The notes: generated by a model from the letters alone, not told the origin. A DNA stretch of 64,000 nucleotides from Candidatus Poribacteria bacterium (GCA_003635185.1 PYJA01000119.1:2115-66114); one strand, 5' to 3'; positions 17,611 to 27,053 are shown, counted from the stretch's first letter. A program made the numbers and translations.

Positions 17611-18013
17611 TAGCGTTGTCGCGGTAAGTGCTTTTCTTACCACAGGTTTAGCCTCTGAATTGGTGTTTCAGTGTCGGGAAAAGGTCCACCTTTACACTGC
17701 TGAAGAAATTTTACAAGAAATCCGCCATGTCTTGTTGGAGAAAGACCATATCCGGAAACGTTACGACTACTCACAAGCAGATGTGGACATTTTTCTGAAT
17801 AGACTGAGGGAAATTAGCGGAATAGTCAAGCAGTTGCCGGAAATTCAAGTCATAGAACGCGATCCCAAAGATGACATGATCATCGCTTGTGCTGTAGCCA
17901 GCTCTGCTGACTATATTGTAAGTCGTGACAAGCACTTATTGGATTTAGGAAAATACCAAGGCATACAAATCGTCACACCAGAAAATTTCATGCAGATGCT
18001 GAGAGAAATTTAG
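17582..18013 (+). CDS. PIN-domain toxin (TIGR00305-like)
   Basis: Starts at MNGKLHVVLDSVV (acidic D near the N-terminus). DPKDDMIIACAVASSADYIVSRDKHLLDL is the typical C-terminal PIN motif. The ORF-track start at 17522 is probably too early. Confidence 0.75.
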   Translation: MNGKLHVVLDSVVAVSAFLTTGLASELVFQCREKVHLYTAEEILQEIRHVLLEKDHIRKRYDYSQADVDIFLNRLREISGIVKQLPEIQVIERDPKDDMIIACAVASSADYIVSRDKHLLDLGKYQGIQIVTPENFMQMLREI

Positions 18014-18041
18014 TGTCTTCCGTGCTTTGTAGGCAGAAAAC

Positions 18042-18272
18042 TTAGCCTGTCGCTACGAGTGCATCTTGTACTTTGTAAGGCAATTCAAGAAAAATAAAAT
18101 AAGATTCAGGATACAAATAGTCTTCCTGAGATTCGTCAATGACTCGTAGGTATCCCTCTTTAGCCGCTTCTTCATCAGGCAGAATTCGATAGAATTTTCG
18201 CGTCTCAAGGTCTTCACAACCTTCGTTTTCAATGCAAAGTACAAAGTGAGTTTCTGATAGTTTCTTTATCAT
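18042..18272 (-). CDS. small conserved hypothetical protein (76 aa)
   Basis: Intact ORF downstream (minus strand) of the duplicated trpA promoter copy. Acidic protein (RVIDESQEDYLYPESYF). Function unknown. Confidence 0.45.
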   Translation of the reverse strand: MIKKLSETHFVLCIENEGCEDLETRKFYRILPDEEAAKEGYLRVIDESQEDYLYPESYFIFLELPYKVQDALVATG

Positions 18273-18389
18273 ATCTCACAGATTTGCCTATCTGGAACAA
18301 TTGTTTCAATATTCTTTATTGATCCAATGATTTCAAAGTGCATTGGTTATTATGAAATGTCTTTTTATATGGTTTAATGCACACTTGTT

Positions 18390-18512
18390 TTGTTGTCGGA
18401 GTTGCTGAAATTTCTTGTCAATTCGATTCATAAATATGATTGTGTTTCCACTTTCTGATATTGCGTTTTCTCAATTATACGCTGTCCGAATTGAAATGTC
18501 AAGGTAAGTTTT
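18390..18512. repeat. direct duplicate of the trpA promoter / 5' end (copy of 17077-17197)
   Basis: About 120 bp, roughly 90% identical by eye to 17077-17197. It includes a second TTGACA-17-TATAAT (18502-18474, minus strand) and the first 14 trpA codons (MNRIDKKFQQLRQQ). Confidence 0.85.
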
Positions 18513-18800
18513 GGATAGTGTAAATCTGAAATCAGCATCAAAACATCTTGGATTACTCAGTCCCTTTTTTTCCTCAAGGTCCGTTAAATCTTCAACTTCA
18601 GCGATATTCGCCAACATGCGAGAAGATTTGCATAACTCCACCTGCAGTGCAGCCAATTCGTCACGGAAAATGGCACGTTCAGTCTTGTCTTCAAAGTCTC
18701 CTGCCAAACTTTTTCATACATAAATCTAACACGCTATCATTTTGATGTCAATTCAATTTTGTAATCTCATAACCACTGAAGAATGACTAAACTTTTATAC

Positions 18801-18829
18801 TTGATTTGCGTCAAAATTGCCGATATACT
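18801..18829 (+). promoter_or_regulatory. sigma-70-like promoter of the TolC/adaptor operon
   Basis: TTGATT (18801-18806), 17 nt, TATACT (18824-18829). Confidence 0.5.
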
Positions 18830-18946
18830 TTATCAAAAAATTTAACGAAAATTTATGCTGAACTTTTACAATTCGTTATTGTCAAAAAAATTTAAAGGCT
18901 TGTTTAAGATTATAATCTTCCATAATATAAGTTTAAGGAGATGCTA

Positions 18947-20281
18947 ATGCTTCGATGGGGAATTGGGTTTACGTTTATCCTGTTTAGTCTTCAGTTTATG
19001 GTAATTCTTTGTGCGGATGCACAAGAGCCTACAGAAATTGACCTATCTCAACCGTTAACACTTGAACAGTGTATTCAAATGGGATTAGAAAAAGCAACGA
19101 GTATGCGAAATGCACGGTTGAGTCTTGCTATTCAGGAGTTACGTTTAAAAAATGCACGTGCCGGTTATTTTCCGACAATTACTTCTTCCGGTCGATATGA
19201 TTTCTCTGACCGTTTAGATTTCGGTTTTGAACGAGAAAACTACGATTTAGGATTGACAGGACGTTATACGCTTTGGGATAATGGACAACGTGAAGTAAAT
19301 TACGCACAGGCAAAAGAGAGTTTGATAGTTACAACGAACCGAAATGAGGGAATTAAACAGGGTTTAATTCTACAGATTACTCAAGCGTACTATGATGTCC
19401 TTAAAGATACAGAACTCGTTAAGGTGAGTGAAGATGTATTAGAACGATCCAGAGATAATACAAAACAGATCCAAGCTTTAGAAGAAGCAGGTGTACTTAT
19501 CCCCGCAGATGTTGCTACTGCAAGAGTCCGTGAAACAAGTGACGAATTGGGATTACTTAATAGTCAAAATTCGCTCCAGATATCACAAGCGACTTTACCA
19601 CGCCTTATGGGCTTAGACCCTGGACTGCTAATTACCGTAGCAGTAGATGAATCCTTCCAATTGTATCTGGAGCGCGGAACTATTGAGAAGATAGACATCA
19701 CTGTTGAAGAAGCGATACAGATAGCACTTGAAAATCGTCCAGAATTTAAGGAAACTGAAGCACAAATTAAACAACAAGAATGGAGTTTAACACTTTCAAA
19801 ATTACGACGTTGGCCGCAGTTGAGCGCAAACGTAAATTATAACGTCAACCTTGATGATTACCTGCATGAACGTCAAAATTTTTCGGATTTTCGGAGTTGG
19901 AGTGTTGGTGCATCGCTTAACTTTACACTTTTTGATGGTGGTATCTTGGGTAATCGCGTGAAGGAACTTAATATGCAGTTGGAACAAACACGCGAAAATG
20001 CAAGCGACTTGGAACGCTCGGTTGCGCTTGGGGTACGACAAAGTTATCTGAACCTAAAACGCAGCGAAGCCGCCGTAGAAATCTCTAATACACAGGTAGT
20101 TAACGCTAAACTCAGTTTAGATGTTGTTCAAGGGCGCCTTAAAGTCGGAAAAGCGATTCCACTTGAGGCGCTTGACGCACAAACAAGTTACGCGCAAGCA
20201 TTGACAAATCGGGTGAATACATTTTACGATTATAAAATTGCGCGAACACGATTACAGGATGCAATGGGGGTCCTAGAGTAA
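18947..20281 (+). CDS. TolC-family outer membrane efflux protein
   Basis: The ORF opens at 18941, but ATG 18947 has better spacing to AAGGAG (18935-40). Signal peptide present. Two-repeat OEP architecture with motifs LTLEQCIQMGLEKA and AQITQAYYDVLK. Stops 2 nt before the adaptor gene. Confidence 0.8.
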   Translation: MLRWGIGFTFILFSLQFMVILCADAQEPTEIDLSQPLTLEQCIQMGLEKATSMRNARLSLAIQELRLKNARAGYFPTITSSGRYDFSDRLDFGFERENYDLGLTGRYTLWDNGQREVNYAQAKESLIVTTNRNEGIKQGLILQITQAYYDVLKDTELVKVSEDVLERSRDNTKQIQALEEAGVLIPADVATARVRETSDELGLLNSQNSLQISQATLPRLMGLDPGLLITVAVDESFQLYLERGTIEKIDITVEEAIQIALENRPEFKETEAQIKQQEWSLTLSKLRRWPQLSANVNYNVNLDDYLHERQNFSDFRSWSVGASLNFTLFDGGILGNRVKELNMQLEQTRENASDLERSVALGVRQSYLNLKRSEAAVEISNTQVVNAKLSLDVVQGRLKVGKAIPLEALDAQTSYAQALTNRVNTFYDYKIARTRLQDAMGVLE

Positions 20282-20283
20282 TT

Positions 20284-22248
20284 ATGAAGATCGGCAAAAA
20301 ATGGTTGATTATCGGCACAGGTACTATTATTGTCATTGCGGTAGCGATAATAGGTGCAACCCGAATGAACTTTGGACAGAAGAAAGAAGATGACGAAGAT
20401 AAACGTGAGGTTGTACGCCGCGGACAATTCCTTGTAAAAGTCCAAGAATCTGGTACTCTTCGCTCCTTTATTGAAGTAGATGTCCGGTCGAACGTAGAGG
20501 GCGAAATAAAGGAAATTTTCGTTGAGGAGAGTGACACAGTTGAAGAAGGGGATCGACTCCTCAAAATTGACGATGAGCAGATTTTAGAGGATATGAAGCA
20601 AGCAAAGGCAAACCGAGATGCGCGAAGTGCTGAACGTGAACAAGCAGACCTTCGAATAAAGATTGCTGTGCAGCGCGAAAAAAGTGACATGTCGCAAGCG
20701 CAAAATTCTGTCGCGAAAGCTGAGGCGAACCTCCAATCCTTTGCCGCGAACAAACAACAACGCATTACTGAAGCGGAAACCCTCGTGGCAACTACGCAGA
20801 ACTTGCTGGACCGGGACCAAATCTCACTGAAGCGGGCGGAAATCTCTCTAACACAAGCTAATTTAACACTTGATAGAGCGAAGGCAAGTGTCACATCCGC
20901 CAAAATTTCCTTTGAGACAACCCAGTCCGAACACGAACGTAACAAAGAATTATTCGAAAAAGAATTAATTTCAAAGCAAGCATTAGAGCAATCCCAAAAA
21001 CAACTCGCTTCGACTAAATCCCAATATGAAACTGCACTGAAAGCGGTTGAATCCCAAAATGAAACAATTAAATCCGAAGAAGAAAACATCAAGCGGGAGA
21101 AAGTGGCAATTCAGAGCCGAGAAGCTACACTTGCCCTCAATAAAAAGAACGTTGAAACGGTCAAAGAATCTCAAGATGCACAGCAAAAGCAATTGAAAGC
21201 AGATTTAGAGAACGCACGCACCCGCCTTAAACAAACTGAAGCGACCACTGAGGAAGAGAAAGATCTCACAAAACATGCTAAAGTTAGCGCAGAAGCGAAT
21301 CTGCTGCAAGCAGAGAGCCGTCTTAAATCTCAGCAGGATCGTTACGAGTGGACAACGGTTAAAGCACCGATGTCTGGCACAATTACACGTATTTCTGTAG
21401 AAGAGGGGGAGATTATCACTTCAGGCCGGTCGGCATTTTCACGAGGGGAGGCAATCATGCGCATTGCTGACCTTTCGCAGATGATTGTCAAAACCCAAAT
21501 CAATCAGGTCGAAATCGGCAGGATAAAAGAGGAACAACGCGTAGAAATACGTGTGGATAGTTTTCGCAATAAAATTTTTAATGGTAAAGTGAGCGAAATT
21601 TCACCAAGTTCTACCCCACGTGGTCAAGGCGGAGGTGGTGTGATTACCTTTGAGGTTGACATAGAAGTCGAGATACCAGATAAAGAAGAATTTAAATTAC
21701 TGCCCGGCATGTCTGCGGATGTAGATATTATTGTCTTTGAAAAGCCTGATATTCTTCAGATTCCGATTGCAGCGGTTTTAAGTCCGGAAGTGTTTACTGT
21801 AAAAGCTACAGTAAATTCAAACGATCTTGGGCAGTTTAAGCAAGGACAAAAACTAAAAGTCCAAAACCTAATTGGCAAGCAATTTGGTGGACAAGTTACA
21901 AAGATTTCCCCATCGGAAACTCGCGGCAATCTTGAAATTTTGTTTGACGAACCCCCGAAAGGTATGCGTCCCGGCCCGACAGAAATCGCTATTGTAATTT
22001 CTGAAAATAAACGAATAACCAAAATAGAAGCGGAAATTAGGAGTGAACGACAGCATTTTGTTAAGCTTGACACAGGGGAACCCCAAAAAAATAAAGACGG
22101 TGAAAAAGGTGTTAAAACGCATATTAAAGTTGGTAGACGCAACAAAACACACTTTGAAATTATGCACGGTCTAAAGGAAGGCGATCGCGTCTTTGTGCCT
22201 TCTATGATGGAATTGACAAAGGGAGAAGAAAATAAAAGTAACAGATAA
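20284..22248 (+). CDS. efflux periplasmic adaptor (HlyD/MacA-type) with very long coiled coil, paralogue of 8310-10193
   Basis: 654 aa. TM anchor, VEGEIKEIFVEESDTVEEGDRLLKID and VKAPMSGTITRISVEEGEII lipoyl halves, and about 260 aa of coiled coil. Shares long motifs with 8310-10193 (ITSGRSAFS, IADLSQMIVKT). Confidence 0.8.
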   Translation: MKIGKKWLIIGTGTIIVIAVAIIGATRMNFGQKKEDDEDKREVVRRGQFLVKVQESGTLRSFIEVDVRSNVEGEIKEIFVEESDTVEEGDRLLKIDDEQILEDMKQAKANRDARSAEREQADLRIKIAVQREKSDMSQAQNSVAKAEANLQSFAANKQQRITEAETLVATTQNLLDRDQISLKRAEISLTQANLTLDRAKASVTSAKISFETTQSEHERNKELFEKELISKQALEQSQKQLASTKSQYETALKAVESQNETIKSEEENIKREKVAIQSREATLALNKKNVETVKESQDAQQKQLKADLENARTRLKQTEATTEEEKDLTKHAKVSAEANLLQAESRLKSQQDRYEWTTVKAPMSGTITRISVEEGEIITSGRSAFSRGEAIMRIADLSQMIVKTQINQVEIGRIKEEQRVEIRVDSFRNKIFNGKVSEISPSSTPRGQGGGGVITFEVDIEVEIPDKEEFKLLPGMSADVDIIVFEKPDILQIPIAAVLSPEVFTVKATVNSNDLGQFKQGQKLKVQNLIGKQFGGQVTKISPSETRGNLEILFDEPPKGMRPGPTEIAIVISENKRITKIEAEIRSERQHFVKLDTGEPQKNKDGEKGVKTHIKVGRRNKTHFEIMHGLKEGDRVFVPSMMELTKGEENKSNR

Positions 22249-22288
22249 TGGATGAATGTGGTAGGCAACAGGGTAGGATGGAGGGTTT

Positions 22289-24106
22289 ATGAACGTTCCT
22301 CAATTAGATCGATGGATTGGTAGAAATCAATTGAGTCCTGGTGAAATAGATAGTAACCGTTACTTAAAAGCGGTGAGTCTCTTTGCAGACACGGCTATAC
22401 AATACGGGCGGGATAGGGATAGTGGTAAAGATATGCCGCTCTTTGCCGACTGCCTACATATCGACCATCTCAAGGCACCCAGATCTATGACATCACACCG
22501 CTCGGGCACCGAGCCGAAACCGACGGTCTGGAGTTTCTTCCAAAATCAGCAGAACCTGATGCGGTTGCTTGCCTCTTTAAGCCAGTTCACAGGAGATGGC
22601 AAATATGTCTATGCCGCAGGAGAAGCCGCCGAATACATGTTTAACAACTACTGGTATCCAGAGAGTGGCGTTCTGCACTGGGGCGGACACGGTTATGTAG
22701 ACTTGGTAACTGGTAATACTTACGGCATGAAGGGGGTTGTCCACGAAATAGAGGACGTGTACCCCTACTGGGAATTGCTGAGAGCCGTAGATGCAGACCG
22801 GGGCGAGATGCTGATGAAAGGTATTTGGGAAGTAAATATGAAGGATTGGGATGCCTTACATTACAACCGACACGGTGATTTCAAAAAGCAGGTTGATCAT
22901 GCTAATACCTGGAACAGGCCTTGGAACGGATACAAAGAACCCAAAATCAGTGGAGATCTCTCGTTTATCAGTGTAGCACTGGATATGGCTTACGCCGCTT
23001 ACAGTTTGGGTTACCAAAAGCATGAGGAAGCACCACGGATTTGGGCAGAACGTCTCTTAAATCTGATAATAAAACAGCGGGATCCAGAGACAGGCATCTG
23101 GCCCAACCTTGTTCATCCGCAAAGTGCCAAACGCGGGTTGAACGTATTCGGTAGAAAGTATCCGCAGGCAACCGAACCGAGGGTCTATGTAGGCAATCAG
23201 TTGAACCACACCATTACGCAGATGATGGGTATGCTGACAATCGTAGAAAATGCCGCAAAGTATGGTCGCGTTGGTGAAATAATGCACATCAAAGAAGCGG
23301 TTACACAGCACATCATCGGTTTCCTAAATGCCTCCTACAATCCGAAAAACAACACACTGAAAAGCATTGTTATTGACGGGACGGATCTCACGGATTTTCG
23401 GATACAGGGACCTTTCAGAGATGCAAAGTTATACTTTGGTGCTAAAGAGGGCGGTGCATTCCTGCCGCAAAACATTACACCGCTTTTTACCTCCGTCTGT
23501 GCGCGTGGGTATCGGGTCTCCGAGGGTAAAACTGAATTCAGAAACTACCTACGTACGATGTTTAAAGCCTTCGGGATCGGAGACATCGGTGCTGACAAAA
23601 ACTCGCCACCGATGTTGAATTTTGGGACAACTGCTCTGGAACCCGCCTATATCTTCACATTGGTAGATCTGTACCGAGCGGAACCGAAGGCAGAATTTCT
23701 GGCAATGGCAGAACGAATCGGGGACAACCTGCTGCAAAGTAGACAGCATGCCGATAGTGGTCTTTTCACGCTTGAAGATGATTTTATATTCCACAGCAAG
23801 GTCATGGATAAACCTGAGTTACAGGACGGACATGAAGGGAAAACCGTAGCTGAGCTTCTGCAGGATACCCATAGAATCGCAAACCTTGACGCGATGGAGC
23901 CACTTGCACTACTTAGCATCTACGCCGCGCAAACCGGACAGTACAACATCATGCCCGAATGGACAGCTGGTGGACTTTACCTTAAGGTGAGCAGTGTAGG
24001 TCATATTGTTGGCAAAGAGATGCAGCTATGGTTTGATAAACCTGCACTCAAGCAATTTTACAAGGACAGTAATATCGACTGTACTTGGGATATAGATGAA
24101 GATTGA
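22289..24106 (+). CDS. hypothetical cytoplasmic protein, possibly an alpha/alpha-toroid (pectic-acid-lyase-like) fold
   Basis: 605 aa. GGAGGG lies 4 nt before the ATG and 40 nt after the adaptor gene. No signal peptide. The fold guess rests only on a weak resemblance of the N-terminal region (ADTAIQYGRDRDSGKDMPLFAD). Confidence 0.3.
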   Translation: MNVPQLDRWIGRNQLSPGEIDSNRYLKAVSLFADTAIQYGRDRDSGKDMPLFADCLHIDHLKAPRSMTSHRSGTEPKPTVWSFFQNQQNLMRLLASLSQFTGDGKYVYAAGEAAEYMFNNYWYPESGVLHWGGHGYVDLVTGNTYGMKGVVHEIEDVYPYWELLRAVDADRGEMLMKGIWEVNMKDWDALHYNRHGDFKKQVDHANTWNRPWNGYKEPKISGDLSFISVALDMAYAAYSLGYQKHEEAPRIWAERLLNLIIKQRDPETGIWPNLVHPQSAKRGLNVFGRKYPQATEPRVYVGNQLNHTITQMMGMLTIVENAAKYGRVGEIMHIKEAVTQHIIGFLNASYNPKNNTLKSIVIDGTDLTDFRIQGPFRDAKLYFGAKEGGAFLPQNITPLFTSVCARGYRVSEGKTEFRNYLRTMFKAFGIGDIGADKNSPPMLNFGTTALEPAYIFTLVDLYRAEPKAEFLAMAERIGDNLLQSRQHADSGLFTLEDDFIFHSKVMDKPELQDGHEGKTVAELLQDTHRIANLDAMEPLALLSIYAAQTGQYNIMPEWTAGGLYLKVSSVGHIVGKEMQLWFDKPALKQFYKDSNIDCTWDIDED

Positions 24107-24349
24107 GCCAAACCGTCATTGCTAAATCAATACTAAATGTGCCAAATACAACGCTCGTATTTAGCATTGATTGGGCAGATGCGGTGTTGATTCTGCTTAA
24201 GGTATTTTGTGCCTTCTAACATTTACACCCCGTCCCTACTAATATGAGGATGGATTTTGTCAAAACCTTACACACGATTTGTTGACTTCTTCTTGCACTA
24301 ATGTTAAAATAATATTAATTGATATTATCCGCTGAGAACGCAAACTAAC

Positions 24350-24463
24350 TGAAGATTAAGAAAATAAATCGGTCCTGTGGCGAGGTTAGGAAACCTCGCC
24401 AGCGGGGAGGTACACCTGCTTCGTGCAGACGGAAAGTTACCGAATTAATAAATTGATCTTCAT
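24350..24463. mobile_element. family B palindromic MITE-like element (right arm degraded)
   Basis: Termini tgaagattaagaaaataaatcgg ... ccgaattaataaattgatcttcat. Contains the perfect hairpin ggcgaggtt-agga-aacctcgcc (24379-24400). Confidence 0.7.
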
Positions 24464-24546
24464 ACAGTTTGCGCTACAAATATTGACTAATTATCAGCAT
24501 ATTTTCATTTAAGACGGTGTTTCTATGTCTAAAAACTTACGCAATA

Positions 24547-24826
24547 AGTAGTTTTGAGATTTTATTGATAAAATAATTAAGGAGATATAAAATGTTCAAG
24601 AAAATTGCAACAGGTTTGGACCCGCTTATGACGATAAACAGATAAAGAATGCTGTTGAAGTTTCAATACCTACTATTGAGAGAACGCGTCCAACCTTTGT
24701 GCTTGAGGGACGGACAGCCGCACTGACCGCAAAAAAGCGCACTGACACCCCAAACTAAAAGGTTGATGGCGAAAAAGAAGCACATCTTATCGCTTTAGTT
24801 GCTCAGCCCCTATTGTGGTTTTACTA
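24547..24826 (+). pseudogene. internally deleted IS630-family derivative retaining a transposase N-terminal remnant
   Basis: The left end agtagttttgagattttattg and right end ggttttacta (followed by TA) resemble the MITE termini. The interior translates to an IS630 HTH/linker remnant (..TIERTRPTFVLEGRTAALTAKKR..*KVDGEKEAHLIALVAQP) with an in-frame stop and a frameshift. Confidence 0.6.
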
Positions 24827-24828
24827 TA

Positions 24829-25055
24829 ATAACGACTTGTGCCAGTTAACTAATTGTTTTTGTTGTTTTCACAAATATTAGGTATTGTCATATAAACATA
24901 TCGTCCCTACGGGACTAAAGAGGGCGTTTATTTCCATTTTCTATAAACATATCGTCCCTACGGGACTGAAGAGCATATCAACAATAGGAAACACGGACAA
25001 AACGTTACGCTTATGTGAAATAATATTTTTCCAAAAGTTATTTAGCACAACTCGT
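24829..25055 (+). repeat. intergenic repeat family A (copy 2, with 51-bp internal duplication)
   Basis: Collinear with 5037-5213. The core tataaacatatcgtccctacgggact(a/g)aagag occurs twice (24891-24922, 24942-24973). Confidence 0.85.
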
Positions 25056-25106
25056 TATAATACTAAAATCTACTATATATACATTCCCTTGGAGTTAAGT
25101 AAGAAA

Positions 25107-26261
25107 ATGAAAAGAAATTTGCAATTCTCATGCAGTCGGATCCATCGACTACAGTATTTAAAAACCTCGTTGTTGGTTTGCCTATTCTACCTTGTTTTTT
25201 GCTTTTCTATTTCGAATGGAATTGCAGCAGAAGCAACTACAACAGCAGAAGCAGACAGGTTTCTTAAACAGTTGATCGGTGCTGAACATCACGGAATGGG
25301 GGGTAGTTTTGTTGGGGCAACCGATGGCGCAAACGCCCTTGGTAACAACCCTGCTGGGATCGGTATTGCTAAGGGAAACCGATTTGTAATTCACATGGCA
25401 CGTTTTCCACGTACCGTTGCCCTCCTTTCTAAACCAAATTTCAACGCAAACTACGAGGATTATAGTCAGTATGAACAGCGTGCTGCTGGTATTGAAACAT
25501 TGAATTGGGCATTTCCAATAGGTAGGTTCGGTACTATAGGTGTCGCTCTATCCACAGCACATGAAGGCTCCTTTCGCCGCGTCAACCACGAAGGAAAAGC
25601 ACTCAATAGTTTTCCAGAAAATAACCTTGCTATCGGGATCGGTTACGGTTTAAATTTTGGGGGAAACACTGTTGTCGGATTTGATGCAAAATGGTTGCGG
25701 TCTAAGGTTACTGACACTTTGGGTACCGAGCATTTCGGACGGGGTTACGCCTATAATGTCGGACTTATTCAGAAATTTGGAAACGCACTTCAAGCAGGCA
25801 TTGTCGTCCGTAATTTAAGTAATGGATTGTCGTTTGTTGATCCCACTATTCCAGATAAAATCCGCCGCGATGTTATTGCGGGTATAACTTATCAACGCGA
25901 AATTTCAAACATGTCTTTACGGCTCGGATTTGATTTACACCCGCCTTTTCGTGATGGCATCCGAGCGAACCTTGGTGCCGAAGTTTGGTTTCGCAACCGC
26001 ATTGGGGGTAGAATCGGATATCTCAGGGATACTGAAAAGCGTTACGCCTCGGCTTTTCTTTTAGAAGATGCTACGTTTGAAATGGAGGAGCGAAATTGGA
26101 AAGCAGAAGGGCTCTGCTTCGGATTTGGTGCACGGTTCGGAAACATTACACTAAATGCCGCTTATACCCCTCAATTCAAGCCGAGTGTATCTGCGGATGA
26201 ACGCATTCACATCGTCCAAGGCACCGCTGTCTATACCTTTTCAATTGGACAGGATTTTTAA
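25107..26261 (+). CDS. outer-membrane beta-barrel protein (PorV/UPF0164/FadL-like)
   Basis: ATG 25107 lies after GGAG (25091). Signal peptide (LLVCLFYLVFCFSISNGIAA). GMGGSFVGATDGANALGNNPAGIG motif, alternating beta-strand pattern, aromatic C-terminus (VYTFSIGQDF). The upstream 74 codons of the ORF run through repeat A and are rejected. Confidence 0.6.
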   Translation: MKRNLQFSCSRIHRLQYLKTSLLVCLFYLVFCFSISNGIAAEATTTAEADRFLKQLIGAEHHGMGGSFVGATDGANALGNNPAGIGIAKGNRFVIHMARFPRTVALLSKPNFNANYEDYSQYEQRAAGIETLNWAFPIGRFGTIGVALSTAHEGSFRRVNHEGKALNSFPENNLAIGIGYGLNFGGNTVVGFDAKWLRSKVTDTLGTEHFGRGYAYNVGLIQKFGNALQAGIVVRNLSNGLSFVDPTIPDKIRRDVIAGITYQREISNMSLRLGFDLHPPFRDGIRANLGAEVWFRNRIGGRIGYLRDTEKRYASAFLLEDATFEMEERNWKAEGLCFGFGARFGNITLNAAYTPQFKPSVSADERIHIVQGTAVYTFSIGQDF

Positions 26262-26276
26262 ACGCGCTTTGTCATA

Positions 26277-26332
26277 GTAGCACAATCTGTTAGATTGTGC
26301 ATATTAGCCCGCAAACTAACAGATTGTGCTAC
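26277..26332. repeat. family D double-hairpin repeat
   Basis: gtagcacaatctgttagattgtgc-atattagccc-gcaaactaacagattgtgctac. Related units occur at 29493-29547, 29601-29656, 30843-30897, and inside the MITEs at 42271-42326 and 58493-58548. Confidence 0.75.
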
Positions 26333-26450
26333 AAATATTGCGAAATATGCATCATTCTCTATAAAAAACGGTGTTTGCACGCCTAAAAACTTATAGGCAG
26401 CAACTTAGGTTATTATAGATGCAATATCCAATGTTATGGAAATATGAATT

Positions 26451-27053
26451 ATGTCAGGCGAGTACCAAACAATTGTCGGAATCGCTACCGCTAAACACGT
26501 AGTGAAAAAATCACGGTTTTATGGAGAAGCATCGGCAGTAAATAGCCACGATGCAGTCAAAAAATTTGTCGCTGATGTTAGATCACGGATCCGTCATGCT
26601 ACACACTACTGTTATGCTTATTGCATCGGCAGTGGCAATAAAAAGCTTGAATATGCTACTGATGCAGGTGAACCGGTCCATTCCGCAGGTCCTCCTATCC
26701 TCACGGCAATTCGTGCTACCGGATTATCTAATACGATAATTGTTGTCGCACGGTATTACGGTGGAACCAACCTTGGAATTGGTGGATTGATTAGAGCTTA
26801 TGGCACATGCGCACGCGCATGCCTTAAAAATGCAACTTTAGAAACCCGTACTTTTTATCACAACTTACACGTAAATGTTCCCTATTCTCATATAGGCACA
26901 GTCGTCACACTATGTAAACGCTTGGGTGGTCAAGTAACAAACATTGAATATGATCCAACTCCAAATATCGCAATTCAGATTCAGCAAAAAGAGTTAAAAA
27001 CTTTCAAAGCACAGCTTCAAAGTATTGGAATTACAAAAACAGAGTTACAGTAA
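26451..27053 (+). CDS. yigZ: YigZ / IMPACT-family (UPF0029) protein
   Basis: 200 aa. The VKKSRFYGEA...A.H.CYAY pattern and GEPVHSAG, RYYGGTNLG motifs are typical of YigZ. Confidence 0.75.
   Translation: MSGEYQTIVGIATAKHVVKKSRFYGEASAVNSHDAVKKFVADVRSRIRHATHYCYAYCIGSGNKKLEYATDAGEPVHSAGPPILTAIRATGLSNTIIVVARYYGGTNLGIGGLIRAYGTCARACLKNATLETRTFYHNLHVNVPYSHIGTVVTLCKRLGGQVTNIEYDPTPNIAIQIQQKELKTFKAQLQSIGITKTELQ

Noticed and set aside
18471-18707. 78-aa minus-strand ORF upstream of the duplicated trpA leader.
   Set aside because: Its C-terminal third is translation of the duplicated trpA promoter region. It has no RBS and no recognisable family. It could be a remnant of whatever originally lay upstream of trpA, but the support is too weak to call it.
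20139-21092. 317-aa antisense ORF inside the adaptor gene. Similar antisense ORFs occur at 8804-9181, 8273-8593, 34044-34730 and 33142-34047.
   Set aside because: These are low-complexity Ser/Cys/Phe-rich shadow ORFs. They arise on the opposite strand of GAA/CAA/AAG-rich coiled-coil coding sequence. They have no RBS and no recognisable domains.
24885-24990. Two 31-32-bp direct repeats (tataaacatatcgtccctacgggact.aagag) separated by a short spacer. This could be taken for a mini-CRISPR array.
   Set aside because: There are only two copies and the spacer is 19 bp. The repeat is part of the dispersed family A element (also at 5100, 34741 and 38429/38487). No cas genes are present in the window.
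24885-25106. N-terminal 74 codons of ORF 24885-26261 (MSYKHIVPTGLK...YKHIVPTGLK...).
   Set aside because: This is translation through repeat family A, and the peptide repeats because the DNA repeat is duplicated. A proper RBS and signal peptide begin at ATG 25107.
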